Below, one piece after another: positions 19,600-28,787 of a stretch of DNA of 32,000 nt. The position numbers and the translations under genes are program-made. The notes under the pieces were generated by a model, which saw nothing but the letters and a program-made list of their open reading frames with translations, ran no database searches and had not been told where the DNA came from. The DNA is from Promethearchaeum syntrophicum (lineage in GTDB: Archaea > Asgardarchaeota > Lokiarchaeia > Sigyniarchaeales > Promethearchaeaceae): positions 1,860,001 through 1,892,000 of the forward strand of contig NZ_CP042905.2 in the NCBI RefSeq assembly GCF_008000775.2, written 5' to 3'. Position 1 is the stretch's first letter, and the number at the start of each line of letters is the position of its first letter.

Positions 19600-19695
19600 T
19601 GATTTCTAATGATAGGATTCAATCTGACTCCATTCTAATGCATTTTGAAAGATTTCTGCTACAAATGACTGAGAAAATTAGAATTTCTACCTGCA

Positions 19696-19905
19696 TTAGT
19701 TTTCCCCTTCAGTTTTTGTAATAAATTTTTCCAGATATTTGCGAAACAAACCAGATACATTAATTTCTTTATGTTTTTTTAAAAAATTAAATTGGGTTTT
19801 AGTGATAGAGATGCTAATTATTTTAATATCCATATTAAAATTAATAGGGTTAATAAATTTAAAGCTTGTGACTTTTCTAGTTAATATTATGCAAGATTCA
19901 TACAT
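19696..19905 (-). CDS. Ribbon-helix-helix-like small DNA-binding protein (true start may be an internal Met)
   Basis: MDIKIISISITKTQFNFLKKHKEINVSGLFRKYLEKFI fits a beta-strand plus two-helix RHH pattern. Confidence 0.5.
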   Translation of the reverse strand: MYESCIILTRKVTSFKFINPINFNMDIKIISISITKTQFNFLKKHKEINVSGLFRKYLEKFITKTEGEN

Positions 19906-20192
19906 TTGGAAGGAGTAAATGAGTTTTTATTTCAAAAACGACATAACCCATGATACTTTGCTTTTCTCTCAATCGCTACCATTTTTCAAGATTGAGAGAT
20001 TTCAAAACAGATTTGCAAAGAACAAAACTCGGCAAGAAACCTGAACTCAATTTACGTAGTATATCTCTATACATTACCAAATGATGATGAAGGTAAGTTT
20101 TGCAGGAAAGAATCAGAAAAATCTAAGGAAAAAAGGGTGGGTTGATTGCTCAACCTAAAAAAAAGTGGTTTTTTTATGGAAAAATGAGAAGT

Positions 20193-20888
20193 TTAATTTG
20201 TGAGTTGATCAGCAGATAAAAGACTGCTTTTATAATACTCAGTTCCTAAAGGACTGATTTTGTATAATCCTACCATTATTTTCTCAAGAAAGCCTAACTC
20301 AGCTAGTGTTTTCAAATATTTACTAACAGTAGTTCGAGATAAATGAGGGTATTTTTGCATTATTTCAGGGATTTCTAAGAGATGTTCATACACCATTTTT
20401 ATTGCTAAGTTATTTTGAGTGTCATGAAAATATTTTAAAATATAGTATCGATTCGGGATAGCTAATGTAATGTAAATTCGTGAATATTTCTTAAAAATCT
20501 CTTGTTGAGCCTGAGTATTTTCAAATTGCTCATTAATTATTCGTTCTTTTTCACTAATTTCTTGCTCATGCGTTCGATTGTATTCTTGTAATTCTAATAA
20601 ATCTTGCTCAAGAATCTCTTTCTCATTAAATGTTATCTCAAATTGCCCCTCAAGCGAGGTAATTCTCTCATTTAATTGATCAATCTCAGTTTTTTGCTTT
20701 TCATACACTGAAAAAATCTTAGCCATTTTGGGTAAAAATTTATTAATATCACAAAAAAAAGTATTTTCATTTTTGATAGATTTCGTTACGTGAAAGTAAC
20801 GTTTCAAATTTTGTAGTAAATTGCGATTTGTACCTATACTTTGCGTAATTTTGAAAGTATATTCAGGATGTAGAGTAGTAGTTTCCAT
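20193..20888 (-). CDS. Coiled-coil plus C-terminal winged-helix protein
   Basis: 231 aa; long central coiled coil, C-terminal IPEIMQKYPHLSRTTVSKYLKTLAELGFLEKIMVGLYKISPLG. Confidence 0.7.
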   Translation of the reverse strand: METTTLHPEYTFKITQSIGTNRNLLQNLKRYFHVTKSIKNENTFFCDINKFLPKMAKIFSVYEKQKTEIDQLNERITSLEGQFEITFNEKEILEQDLLELQEYNRTHEQEISEKERIINEQFENTQAQQEIFKKYSRIYITLAIPNRYYILKYFHDTQNNLAIKMVYEHLLEIPEIMQKYPHLSRTTVSKYLKTLAELGFLEKIMVGLYKISPLGTEYYKSSLLSADQLTN

Positions 20889-21753
20889 AATTCTCTATGT
20901 AACTTAAGGAAACATGAGTATATAACAGTATGGATCTTCTATAATAATATAAACTATAGTTATCGCTTTAAATTTGCGATTGGTTTAGACAAAATATAGG
21001 TGTTTAATACTATACCACACTTAAAAACCACTAAAAGCCCTAAAAACACTGATTTTATTCATAAAATTGACTTAGATCCCTGTAATACTGATTTGAGGTG
21101 TATTTCATCGAGGATTTAACGGGTGAAAAAGTGGTTGAAATGAAGCATTTCCTCGCTTGAAACCACCTACAGACACTCCTAACACTCTACTTTGTTCAAA
21201 ACTTCCAAGCAAATTTTCTTATTCTATTCAGTCAGATAGATAGGGTTAGTGTATACTATTTTGGACAACGGTTCTAATAGTTTTTTAGGGTTATGAATCT
21301 ATTAAACATATTTATAGAATCTGCCAAAAATCAATTATCTCCAAAAATCTCGCTGATACCATTGCTATCCCTTTCTAGAGAGCCAACTGTAGAATTCCTT
21401 GTTCAAAAACTACGGAAGGACTGGGTATGGATTAGCAAGGTTTACGAAAGGCAGGTCTATCGCTGAGTAGATTGATTGAAAATACCTATATTCGATTAAA
21501 TTAGGTTGTAGGTTGGTTTAACACTGATTCTTTGTTTAAAACAGTTAATCATATAATAAAATTCATTCTAATGAATATTCCATGCAAATGCTATTTTGAA
21601 AACTCTCAACAGGGCTTGGAAACCCCTTAGACAAAAGAATGACACAAAAATACTCAAAGGGGGGGGTTGGGGTGTCCTACTGTTTGAGATTGAATGATTC
21701 CAGAGCAAATATTTACGGGATTTGAACGAACTTTCAGTATTAGAGAAATTGGC

Positions 21754-21804
21754 TATCGCTGAAAAGTGGTTCAAACGTGCTATATCGCTGAAAAGTTGTT
21801 CAAA
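21754..21804. repeat. Short tandem direct repeat, 22-nt unit, 29-nt period, two copies
   Basis: TATCGCTGAAAAGTGGTTCAAA (21754-21775) and TATCGCTGAAAAGTTGTTCAAA (21783-21804), 21/22 identical. Confidence 0.7.
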
Positions 21805-22186
21805 GCATTCATTCAGATTGTTAATGGATTGAATTCAAAATTGAGAGAATTCTACATAGTTTGCAAAAATGGAAATATACCGATGATTGCTTAAGAAAAG
21901 GTCTATGATTCAAATAAGATTACTTGATTGATTCCCGTTAAAATGGATCGGATAGGAAAAGAAAACGTAAAAAAAACAGAGGGTGTGTGGGTTTTTGAGC
22001 CTTCCCGATCCCAAAAAATCAGATTTTTGTGTGAATTTAGTGTGAAATTAGATAACATTGTGAAAAAAGGAGGTTAAATTGACAAATTCGGGACTATTTC
22101 AAAGAAGAATTTGATAAGGAATGAAAACTTTACATGATCGAGGTAAAATCAACATTTATTCCATGTATTATTTTGTCTTTTTGGAT

Positions 22187-22254
22187 GATATGTGAAAACA
22201 TATCTGATTTAAGCATCTTTACGATGCTCTTATTTTATCTGACAGCTTGTCAGA
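22187..22254. other. Cluster of three consecutive perfect hairpins
   Basis: GATATGT-GAAA-ACATATC (22187-22204), AGCATC-TTTAC-GATGCT (22212-22228), TCTGACA-GCT-TGTCAGA (22238-22254). Confidence 0.6.
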
Positions 22255-22342
22255 TTGATGGAAAAAGTTGGTTTTACCTTAACTTTTGAGGATTTTTCCC
22301 AAAATGTTATAAAGAAAAGTAGAAAAAATAAGTTTGACAGGG

Positions 22343-22401
22343 ATTAGTGTTAACAGAAATAGAATTAGTGTTAACAGAAACTTAATTAGTGTTAACAGAA
22401 A
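22343..22401. repeat. Three iterons ATTAGTGTTAACAGAAA with exact 21-bp period
   Basis: Identical 17-mers at 22343-22359, 22364-22380 and 22385-22401; each contains the palindrome TGTTAACA. Confidence 0.85.
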
Positions 22402-22678
22402 TAAATGAATTCTACCTGCTATAATTATTTTTGAAAAATAACACTTGATTATTATTTTCTATTCCCTTTTCTGACCGCAATTTTCAACCCTTATGCAATG
22501 CGTTTATTCATGCTGAAGGCGGTCTAAAGCAGGTAAATTTTCTTGGCTTTTTGGTCTTTCCTCGCTTCCATGTGCAAGGCGGTGAGGTTGGCGGGGGATG
22601 GAGCTGGGGAGGGGATCTTTTTTTGGAAGTTTAACAGGATGGATTTGAAAAATCATAAATCAAATAGAAAAGTTGCAT

Positions 22679-23071
22679 GGTTACAAAACCAAATATATGA
22701 ATGTAACCTTTTTTGTAACCTTTTTTCTCGGTGAAAATAATCAGAATGTGAGTATCCTTAATATAATAATAAAAGGTTACAAGGTTACATTATATTATAT
22801 ATATACCCTCATGTGCATTTAGATACATTTTATTTTATTTTATCACGATCAAAAAAATATATATTTTCACCCTTCGTTACATGTGGGGTATATTTCTCAC
22901 ATTGTAACCTTTTTTGTAACCTCCCTTAAAATATCTACATCTCCATATTTTTGATTTTCATTTTTTGAGAAAAAACTGTTTTCTCAATTTTATTGTTATG
23001 AGGATAATTATATATATAGGTAACACCATTTTTTCAACATTTTGTAACCTTCAAAAAATTAGATTGTAACC
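22679..23071. repeat. Array of nine GTAACC/GGTTAC hexamers in AT-rich DNA
   Basis: Hexamers starting at 22679, 22703, 22715, 22775, 22783, 22904, 22916, 23044, 23066. The 19-mer TGTAACCTTTTTTGTAACC is duplicated at 22702-22720 and 22903-22921. Confidence 0.75.
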
Positions 23072-23227
23072 TTTTTTTCACCCTTTCTAAAATCATCTAC
23101 AAGCAATTTATTTTAATCAGTTTTTTTAGGTTTTTTTGGAAAAAAGTTAGAAAAGTGACTGAAATTACTAAAATTACTAATTTATTTGATAAAATCTAAA
23201 ATATATTTGAAAAATAAAAAAAAAAAT

Positions 23228-26200
23228 TTAGTTTAGGAATTCTTTCACTAAAAAATAACCATTATTTTTAAACATAATAATTTCATTTGAAAGAAAATTT
23301 TGTATGGTTTCATTTAATATATCTTCGTTGATATTTAGAACTTCAAAATCATCCATTATAATTCCTGTTTCTGAATCATCATTTGTAAATTCAATTATTT
23401 TTTGTAAAATCTTATTTGTTTTCTTTTCCTTATCGAAAAATTGTCTTGGAGTTAAAATCTTAGATTTTATTTTTTTGGTAATTTCCAAATCTAAAATTTC
23501 ATTCTCTTCCGATTCTACAATTTCAGTTTCTTTAGGTTCTACTTTAGGATTTACTGAATCATTCTGATTATCATTTGATTCATCATCTTCAATATTTAAC
23601 TTACCTAATAATTTTTCAAATTTAGACCATGATTCACGAATACAACGCTGAGTTTTTCCATTAATTTTTACGTTTTTTGTTTTATCACATAAATCAAGAG
23701 TTCTTCCGAATTCAATTAATTTTGTAACTCCCGCAATTTCAAAATCTTCCATAATCCAAGAAGGAATTATTACTTCTTCATTTCTCATAAATTCTGGAAT
23801 TGATCCTTCTTTCAATAATATAAGATACATCTGAGAAGTAGTCATTTCTAAATTTTTTTCCACATACGCTTGTAAATCTTCACTTTCTTCTCTTTTTATG
23901 GATTGTTTTCTATTATGGTCTTTGAAATACAATCTTCTAATTCGTTGGATAAATTCATTTCTCAATTGGATATATAATTCGGGTTTTTCATCTTCTTCAT
24001 TTATAGATTCATACCATTCATTTTTTATCCATTTTGGCACTTTTAAATCTGCATACTCATACATTGCAGAAAGACATTTAATTGCAGTATCTCGCCATTT
24101 TAGTTCGGTTGCATCTAAATAATTACTTACATACCAATATCCCGCAAATTGACCTCCAAATTTAAGATTTTTTTCATTCTCAAAGATAAATTTATTGAAT
24201 TTAACTTCATTTTTCTCAATTTGTTTCTTATCTTCAAATGAGAATCCCATATATAGACATCTTCGATCAAAAGCTGGATCTGGATGTTTTAAATAATTCA
24301 TAGTAATGAAATAATTAGTTATTGCAGGATATTCTTGCCAATATTTTCCATTTCGTTCAAATCTTCCACCTGCAAATCTACTTTCAATATGAGATTTTAA
24401 AGCTTCTAAAACAAATCTATATCTTTCATCATAAATTTTAGAGATTTCTTTTAATTCAACTGAAAATCCTGTTCCACTTGCAGTACTTCGTAAACGTGCT
24501 TCACTCATAATTGAATTGAATGGTTTTTCTGATTCAAACCGATCCCAAATTTTTTGAATTATTGCAGAATGAGTCGTGCTTTTGCCTGTTTTTTGAGCTC
24601 CATGAGCCACAAAGAAAGGAATATTGTAATTTTCTATAAATCTTCCCTTCTTTCTCACGTATGCTGTTGGCATTGCAAATCCCCATAATAATTGAGTGGT
24701 AAATTTATGGGGAGCATGGGTATAAAACTGATCATGAATTGTATTTAATGCTTCGCAAGTTTTTCTAACATCATCGGGAGTAGTTGGACAAGAATCGCCT
24801 TTTTGCAAGAAAATATCTCCATTTTTGAAAGTTGGAATTTCTTCGATAAGATATAAACCATCAATCGTTAATTGAGTTTTTTTAATAATCTTTTCTCTAT
24901 TTATTTGATCAAGCCATAAACGAGCAAAAATACCATTCAATTCCTTTGTATCAATTGCAAAATTCTTTTCTTTTAAAAGTTCTGGAAATAAGTTTGCATA
25001 ATCCGATCTTAAAATTATTTTATCTGGATACATTTTTTGATTAGTGTGTTTAACACTAATTTCAAATTCAACCTTATTTGTTAATTTATTTGAAAATTGA
25101 TTTTCTTTAGTATAATAAAGGGGATTTGTATATTCTAATCCACTTTCCATTGAGCAATATGCAAGTATTTTTCCTTCATTAACAAATGAATATGGTACAT
25201 TATTCTCATTCACACCTGTAATTACTTTAACCAAATACATCATATTTTTTTCATGGTCATTATACAGATAATCCTCTATCTCTTTATCATCTGTAGCAGT
25301 TCTATTCAAGAGGATCTTATCAATTAACTCATTTTCATTATTTGATTCTTCTAATGGAGTTTTTGCATTATCTAATTGTTTTTGTTGTTCTTTTTCTATT
25401 TCTTGAGTAAATATTTTCAAAGCTCGTTTTTCATATATTTTATATGTTGTTGATCCGATTTTCTTCTTCTTCAATTTCTCTAATAAATCTCTTCTTTTAG
25501 CAAGATTCGTTTCAATCTCTCCATCTTTAACATAAAACGTAAAACGAATAATATTTTCAAATTCTTTATCAGAAGGTTTTTCAGGTAAATTATCAATCAA
25601 GAAATCTAAACCTTCTTTGGCTTTATTCACAAGATCTTCCATTAACATTTCTCTACCTTCATCATCATCAGCTTTTAAATAATCATCAAGGTCGATTTTA
25701 TCAAGATCTTCATCTTTCGGGATCTTTCCAATATAAGCATTAATTCCATTTCCCAAAAGATATTTTAATGTTTTTATTGAACCTGTTAAGCCCGGTGTGA
25801 TTGTTTTTCCTGTGTTTTTGTCAATTGTTACATCATTATCATTGATTACTACTACTTTTTCAAATCGTTTTACATAAGGAATTAGCAATTTGGCTTGTTT
25901 CTCTGAAAATTGAGTAGTAATTGGTGATAAACATGGATATTTGGCTTGAACAACACTCACCGTATCAAAAATTCCTTCAGTTATAACTAAAATGTTTTTC
26001 TCTTTAAATAAATGCAAAGAATTTCTTCCATATAGATATTGCTCAATATACTCTAATCCGCTTGTATATTGCTTAGCATACTTCATTCCTCTTTTTTTAT
26101 TTATTTTAGGATCAAATTTAGGTGATGAAAAATCTGGATCACTTTTGATAGTTCCCCATAAAAAGTAAATTGGGTTTCTATTCTCATCCAGATATGGTAA

Positions 26201-26992
26201 AACATATCGGTTATCGATAGACCATCCATGTTTTCCTGTTGAGTTTTTAAACCCAACCATTATTAATTCTTTTAGCGAATATTTTTTTTCCATAATGTTT
26301 CTGATAGATCTATCATGTAATCCGATTCGGAATTCTTCTATAGTTTCATTGGTGATATCACGCTGTTTTTTCAATTCATCATAAATTGGGGATTTTTTAA
26401 GATTTTTTTGACAAATTGTGGTGTAAAACTCTTGAATATCATTAATTTTTGACTTTTTCTCAATTTGTTCCTTAGAAATATTGTTAAATGGAAGTTTATA
26501 CTCCAATGCCATTTTTTCTATCGCATCCCATCGTAATGAGAGATTATTTTGTAATCGGTATAACTCAATTACATCCCCACTTTTTTTACATTTATAACAT
26601 CTCCATATTTCAGAATCAGGATAATATTTTGCAGATCTTCCTGTTTCATTACCATACTGAGGACACTCAAGATAATTGTTTTCTACTGAAACTAAATCTG
26701 GAATTTTGACTTTTTCCTTAATTATATCCCAAATTTTCTTTTCAGAATTGTGATGTTGATTTCTATTTGGTTTTTTTGCAGGGTGATCTTCCTTCTTTTT
26801 CTTTTTTCCATCCTTTTTTTCACCCACATGAAAGGGATTTTTAGGCGAACTTTTTTCTATTTGAATTTCTTTTAAGCTAGTATCTATTTTTCTCCCGTTT
26901 TGAAAAATAGTAGAGTCAGAATCCTTATCCGTCTTGGCAGAAAGGGGGGATTTTGACTCAATTTTCTTGTTTTCTGTTGTTTTGTTTGTCAT
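23228..26992 (-). CDS. Large primase-helicase: N-terminal CHC2-like zinc finger, TOPRIM, C-terminal P-loop ATPase/helicase-like domain
   Basis: 1254 aa; CPQYGNETGRSAKYYPDSEIWRCYKCKKSGDVIEL; TOPRIM NILVITEGIFDTVSVVQAK...VVVINDNDV; Walker A VAHGAQKTGKST. Confidence 0.85.
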   Translation of the reverse strand: MTNKTTENKKIESKSPLSAKTDKDSDSTIFQNGRKIDTSLKEIQIEKSSPKNPFHVGEKKDGKKKKKEDHPAKKPNRNQHHNSEKKIWDIIKEKVKIPDLVSVENNYLECPQYGNETGRSAKYYPDSEIWRCYKCKKSGDVIELYRLQNNLSLRWDAIEKMALEYKLPFNNISKEQIEKKSKINDIQEFYTTICQKNLKKSPIYDELKKQRDITNETIEEFRIGLHDRSIRNIMEKKYSLKELIMVGFKNSTGKHGWSIDNRYVLPYLDENRNPIYFLWGTIKSDPDFSSPKFDPKINKKRGMKYAKQYTSGLEYIEQYLYGRNSLHLFKEKNILVITEGIFDTVSVVQAKYPCLSPITTQFSEKQAKLLIPYVKRFEKVVVINDNDVTIDKNTGKTITPGLTGSIKTLKYLLGNGINAYIGKIPKDEDLDKIDLDDYLKADDDEGREMLMEDLVNKAKEGLDFLIDNLPEKPSDKEFENIIRFTFYVKDGEIETNLAKRRDLLEKLKKKKIGSTTYKIYEKRALKIFTQEIEKEQQKQLDNAKTPLEESNNENELIDKILLNRTATDDKEIEDYLYNDHEKNMMYLVKVITGVNENNVPYSFVNEGKILAYCSMESGLEYTNPLYYTKENQFSNKLTNKVEFEISVKHTNQKMYPDKIILRSDYANLFPELLKEKNFAIDTKELNGIFARLWLDQINREKIIKKTQLTIDGLYLIEEIPTFKNGDIFLQKGDSCPTTPDDVRKTCEALNTIHDQFYTHAPHKFTTQLLWGFAMPTAYVRKKGRFIENYNIPFFVAHGAQKTGKSTTHSAIIQKIWDRFESEKPFNSIMSEARLRSTASGTGFSVELKEISKIYDERYRFVLEALKSHIESRFAGGRFERNGKYWQEYPAITNYFITMNYLKHPDPAFDRRCLYMGFSFEDKKQIEKNEVKFNKFIFENEKNLKFGGQFAGYWYVSNYLDATELKWRDTAIKCLSAMYEYADLKVPKWIKNEWYESINEEDEKPELYIQLRNEFIQRIRRLYFKDHNRKQSIKREESEDLQAYVEKNLEMTTSQMYLILLKEGSIPEFMRNEEVIIPSWIMEDFEIAGVTKLIEFGRTLDLCDKTKNVKINGKTQRCIRESWSKFEKLLGKLNIEDDESNDNQNDSVNPKVEPKETEIVESEENEILDLEITKKIKSKILTPRQFFDKEKKTNKILQKIIEFTNDDSETGIIMDDFEVLNINEDILNETIQNFLSNEIIMFKNNGYFLVKEFLN

Positions 26993-26993
26993 C

Positions 26994-27641
26994 TTAAGCG
27001 GTCACCATTGTTCTTTTTATGGATTTAGCTTCCAAATCCATCTGTTTGTCCCAAATTGATTCAAAAGTATGTTTTAATTGATTTCTAATTTCATAAATTT
27101 GAATTTTGATCAGTTTTTCAGGTATTGTGGATTCTTTTTGGATCAAAATTTTGAGTTGATTGTAAATCAAATTTTGAGCATTTATTTGAATTCTTGAGAA
27201 ATGTTGAGCTAGTTGTTCTTTACTAAGACAATAAATATAGTCCAACAGTTCATCTTCTTCAAATAATTCATAAAAATCCAAGCTTTCCCCAATAATTTTC
27301 TGTGTATTCAAATTTAACACATACAAATCTTCATCGAGTGTATCTCCAATTTTGAGCAATTTTATTGAGCAATCAAAATGTCCGATACAACGTTCTCCTT
27401 CTTTTCTCAATTTATTTAAAATTTCATTATATTCTTCTATAGTTGAAATTTTTTCGGCTGGTGGAAGCTCGTAAGAGCCATTTCCTTCAATTTTTTCTAT
27501 GTTTTCCATAATTATAACCCAAGATTGAAAAAAGTCGAATGAAATGGCGATTATTAAGGTATTATTAGAATTTTTTAATAGAAATAAATCTGTAATATCT
27601 TTGAATGTAATAATTTCCATTTTTTCAATTTTTTTCAACAT
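26994..27641 (-). CDS. Hypothetical protein (actual start may be internal, MENIEKIEG...)
   Basis: 215-aa frame ending 1 nt upstream of the primase gene. Confidence 0.55.
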   Translation of the reverse strand: MLKKIEKMEIITFKDITDLFLLKNSNNTLIIAISFDFFQSWVIIMENIEKIEGNGSYELPPAEKISTIEEYNEILNKLRKEGERCIGHFDCSIKLLKIGDTLDEDLYVLNLNTQKIIGESLDFYELFEEDELLDYIYCLSKEQLAQHFSRIQINAQNLIYNQLKILIQKESTIPEKLIKIQIYEIRNQLKHTFESIWDKQMDLEAKSIKRTMVTA

Positions 27642-27673
27642 CTTTTTTTTCCCTCCTTTGATAAATAAAAAAT

Positions 27674-28078
27674 CTATATTGCGTTCTCACGAATATAGGC
27701 AAAATGCTTAACCAAAAATTCATTAACTATACGTAAATAATACGCAAATTCCTTTTTGGTGTTTTTTCTCAGATTAATTTCACTGACTAAGAAATACAAA
27801 CCATTTCCATCATGAATCGGCAAATCTTTACTCATTTGCTCATAAAGTGCATCATCAGGGTTTAAAACACCGATAGATTGATTTAGAACGCTTGAAAGTT
27901 CACCTTTGATTACATTCACAAAATACTCCGACAACGAATTTTTTTGTTTATCAAAAACTCTAAATTTAAATCTATAGAAGTTTTTACTCAAATCTGCAAA
28001 GAGTTGAGATTCTTCGACATTATCAGGCTCTACATCGCCATTTTCTATTTTTTCTATTTGTTTTGTTTGTTGACTCAT
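27674..28078 (-). CDS. Hypothetical protein
   Basis: 134 aa, same orientation and tight spacing to the next gene. Confidence 0.6.
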   Translation of the reverse strand: MSQQTKQIEKIENGDVEPDNVEESQLFADLSKNFYRFKFRVFDKQKNSLSEYFVNVIKGELSSVLNQSIGVLNPDDALYEQMSKDLPIHDGNGLYFLVSEINLRKNTKKEFAYYLRIVNEFLVKHFAYIRENAI

Positions 28079-28340
28079 TTTTAATACCTTAATTTATTTG
28101 TTAAAAAAGTTGTAAATCTCTGCCCTCTCCTCAACTCAGCAGGGCTAAGGTGTTGAAAGCGTGAAAAAGGAAATTCTGGATAGTTTGCAGAATTGCAAAA
28201 TGAGTAAAATTGACTAAAAATAGTACTAACACAAAAATAGGTAGATTTATATGTTTCAAATGTGTTAATTTTAGTAGGTTTATTCATTTTCTTTTCACTT
28301 AATCCAACTTTGGCGAGTTGGATTCTCTTTTTTCATAATT

Positions 28341-28454
28341 TTATTTAAAAAATTTTTCCTGTAATTTTTGGTTTTTCTTAAGCTGTTCTTCTAAAATAGT
28401 TTGCAATTTATCCAAATTTTTATCTAAATGGTCTAAAAAGTGTTGAGTGGGCAT
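28341..28454 (-). CDS. Small coiled-coil ORF (37 aa), not in the supplied ORF track
   Basis: MPTQHFLDHLDKNLDKLQTILEEQLKKNQKLQEKFFK*; ATG follows the RHH gene stop by 1 nt; heptad-like Leu spacing. Confidence 0.4.
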   Translation of the reverse strand: MPTQHFLDHLDKNLDKLQTILEEQLKKNQKLQEKFFK

Positions 28455-28455
28455 T

Positions 28456-28671
28456 TTAGCTTGAAACCTCAGTAAATTTCATATTTTCTATAAGTGCATT
28501 ATATTCTTTCAAATATTTCCTCAAAAGCATTTCGACAGTTCTATTAATTTTCAGATTTGATTTCTTCAAACTAACGATTAATTCTGGATCAATTCTAGCT
28601 TCTAAGTGATAAGCTTTTTTCGGTTTTTTTATTTGATTTGATTCCATTTTTGAATTCACATTTTTATACAA
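28456..28671 (-). CDS. Ribbon-helix-helix protein, likely repressor or copy-control type
   Basis: AYHLEARIDPELIVSLKKSNLKINRTVEMLLRKYLKEYNALI fits the RHH pattern. Confidence 0.65.
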   Translation of the reverse strand: MYKNVNSKMESNQIKKPKKAYHLEARIDPELIVSLKKSNLKINRTVEMLLRKYLKEYNALIENMKFTEVSS

Positions 28672-28787
28672 TAACGGATATTAGTCCTAATAGAAATAAA
28701 TAACTCCACTAATTTAAACTCAGCTATTTTTGAGCGATCTTTTAGTCGGATTTTGAAATATCATCAATTTCTGTCAACAATAACTCA

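Noticed and set aside
21294-21470. Short plus-strand frame MNLLNIFIESAKNQLSPKISLIPLLSLSREPTVEFLVQKLRKDWVWISKVYERQVYR
   Set aside because: Looks as if it could be a decayed transposase or other gene remnant but I cannot assign it to a family; not enough to call a pseudogene.
21568-21774. 68-aa minus-strand ORF and 22543-22734 plus-strand ORF in the gene-poor block
   Set aside because: Low-complexity, Pro/Phe- or Trp-rich composition caused by G-runs and repeats; no RBS or family pattern.
23304-26709. Plus-strand ORFs 23304-23567, 23898-24122, 26488-26709
   Set aside because: Antisense to the well-supported primase-helicase gene.
28081-28287. 68-aa minus-strand ORF MNKPTKINTFETYK...
   Set aside because: Atypical composition for the element and no family pattern; probably spurious.
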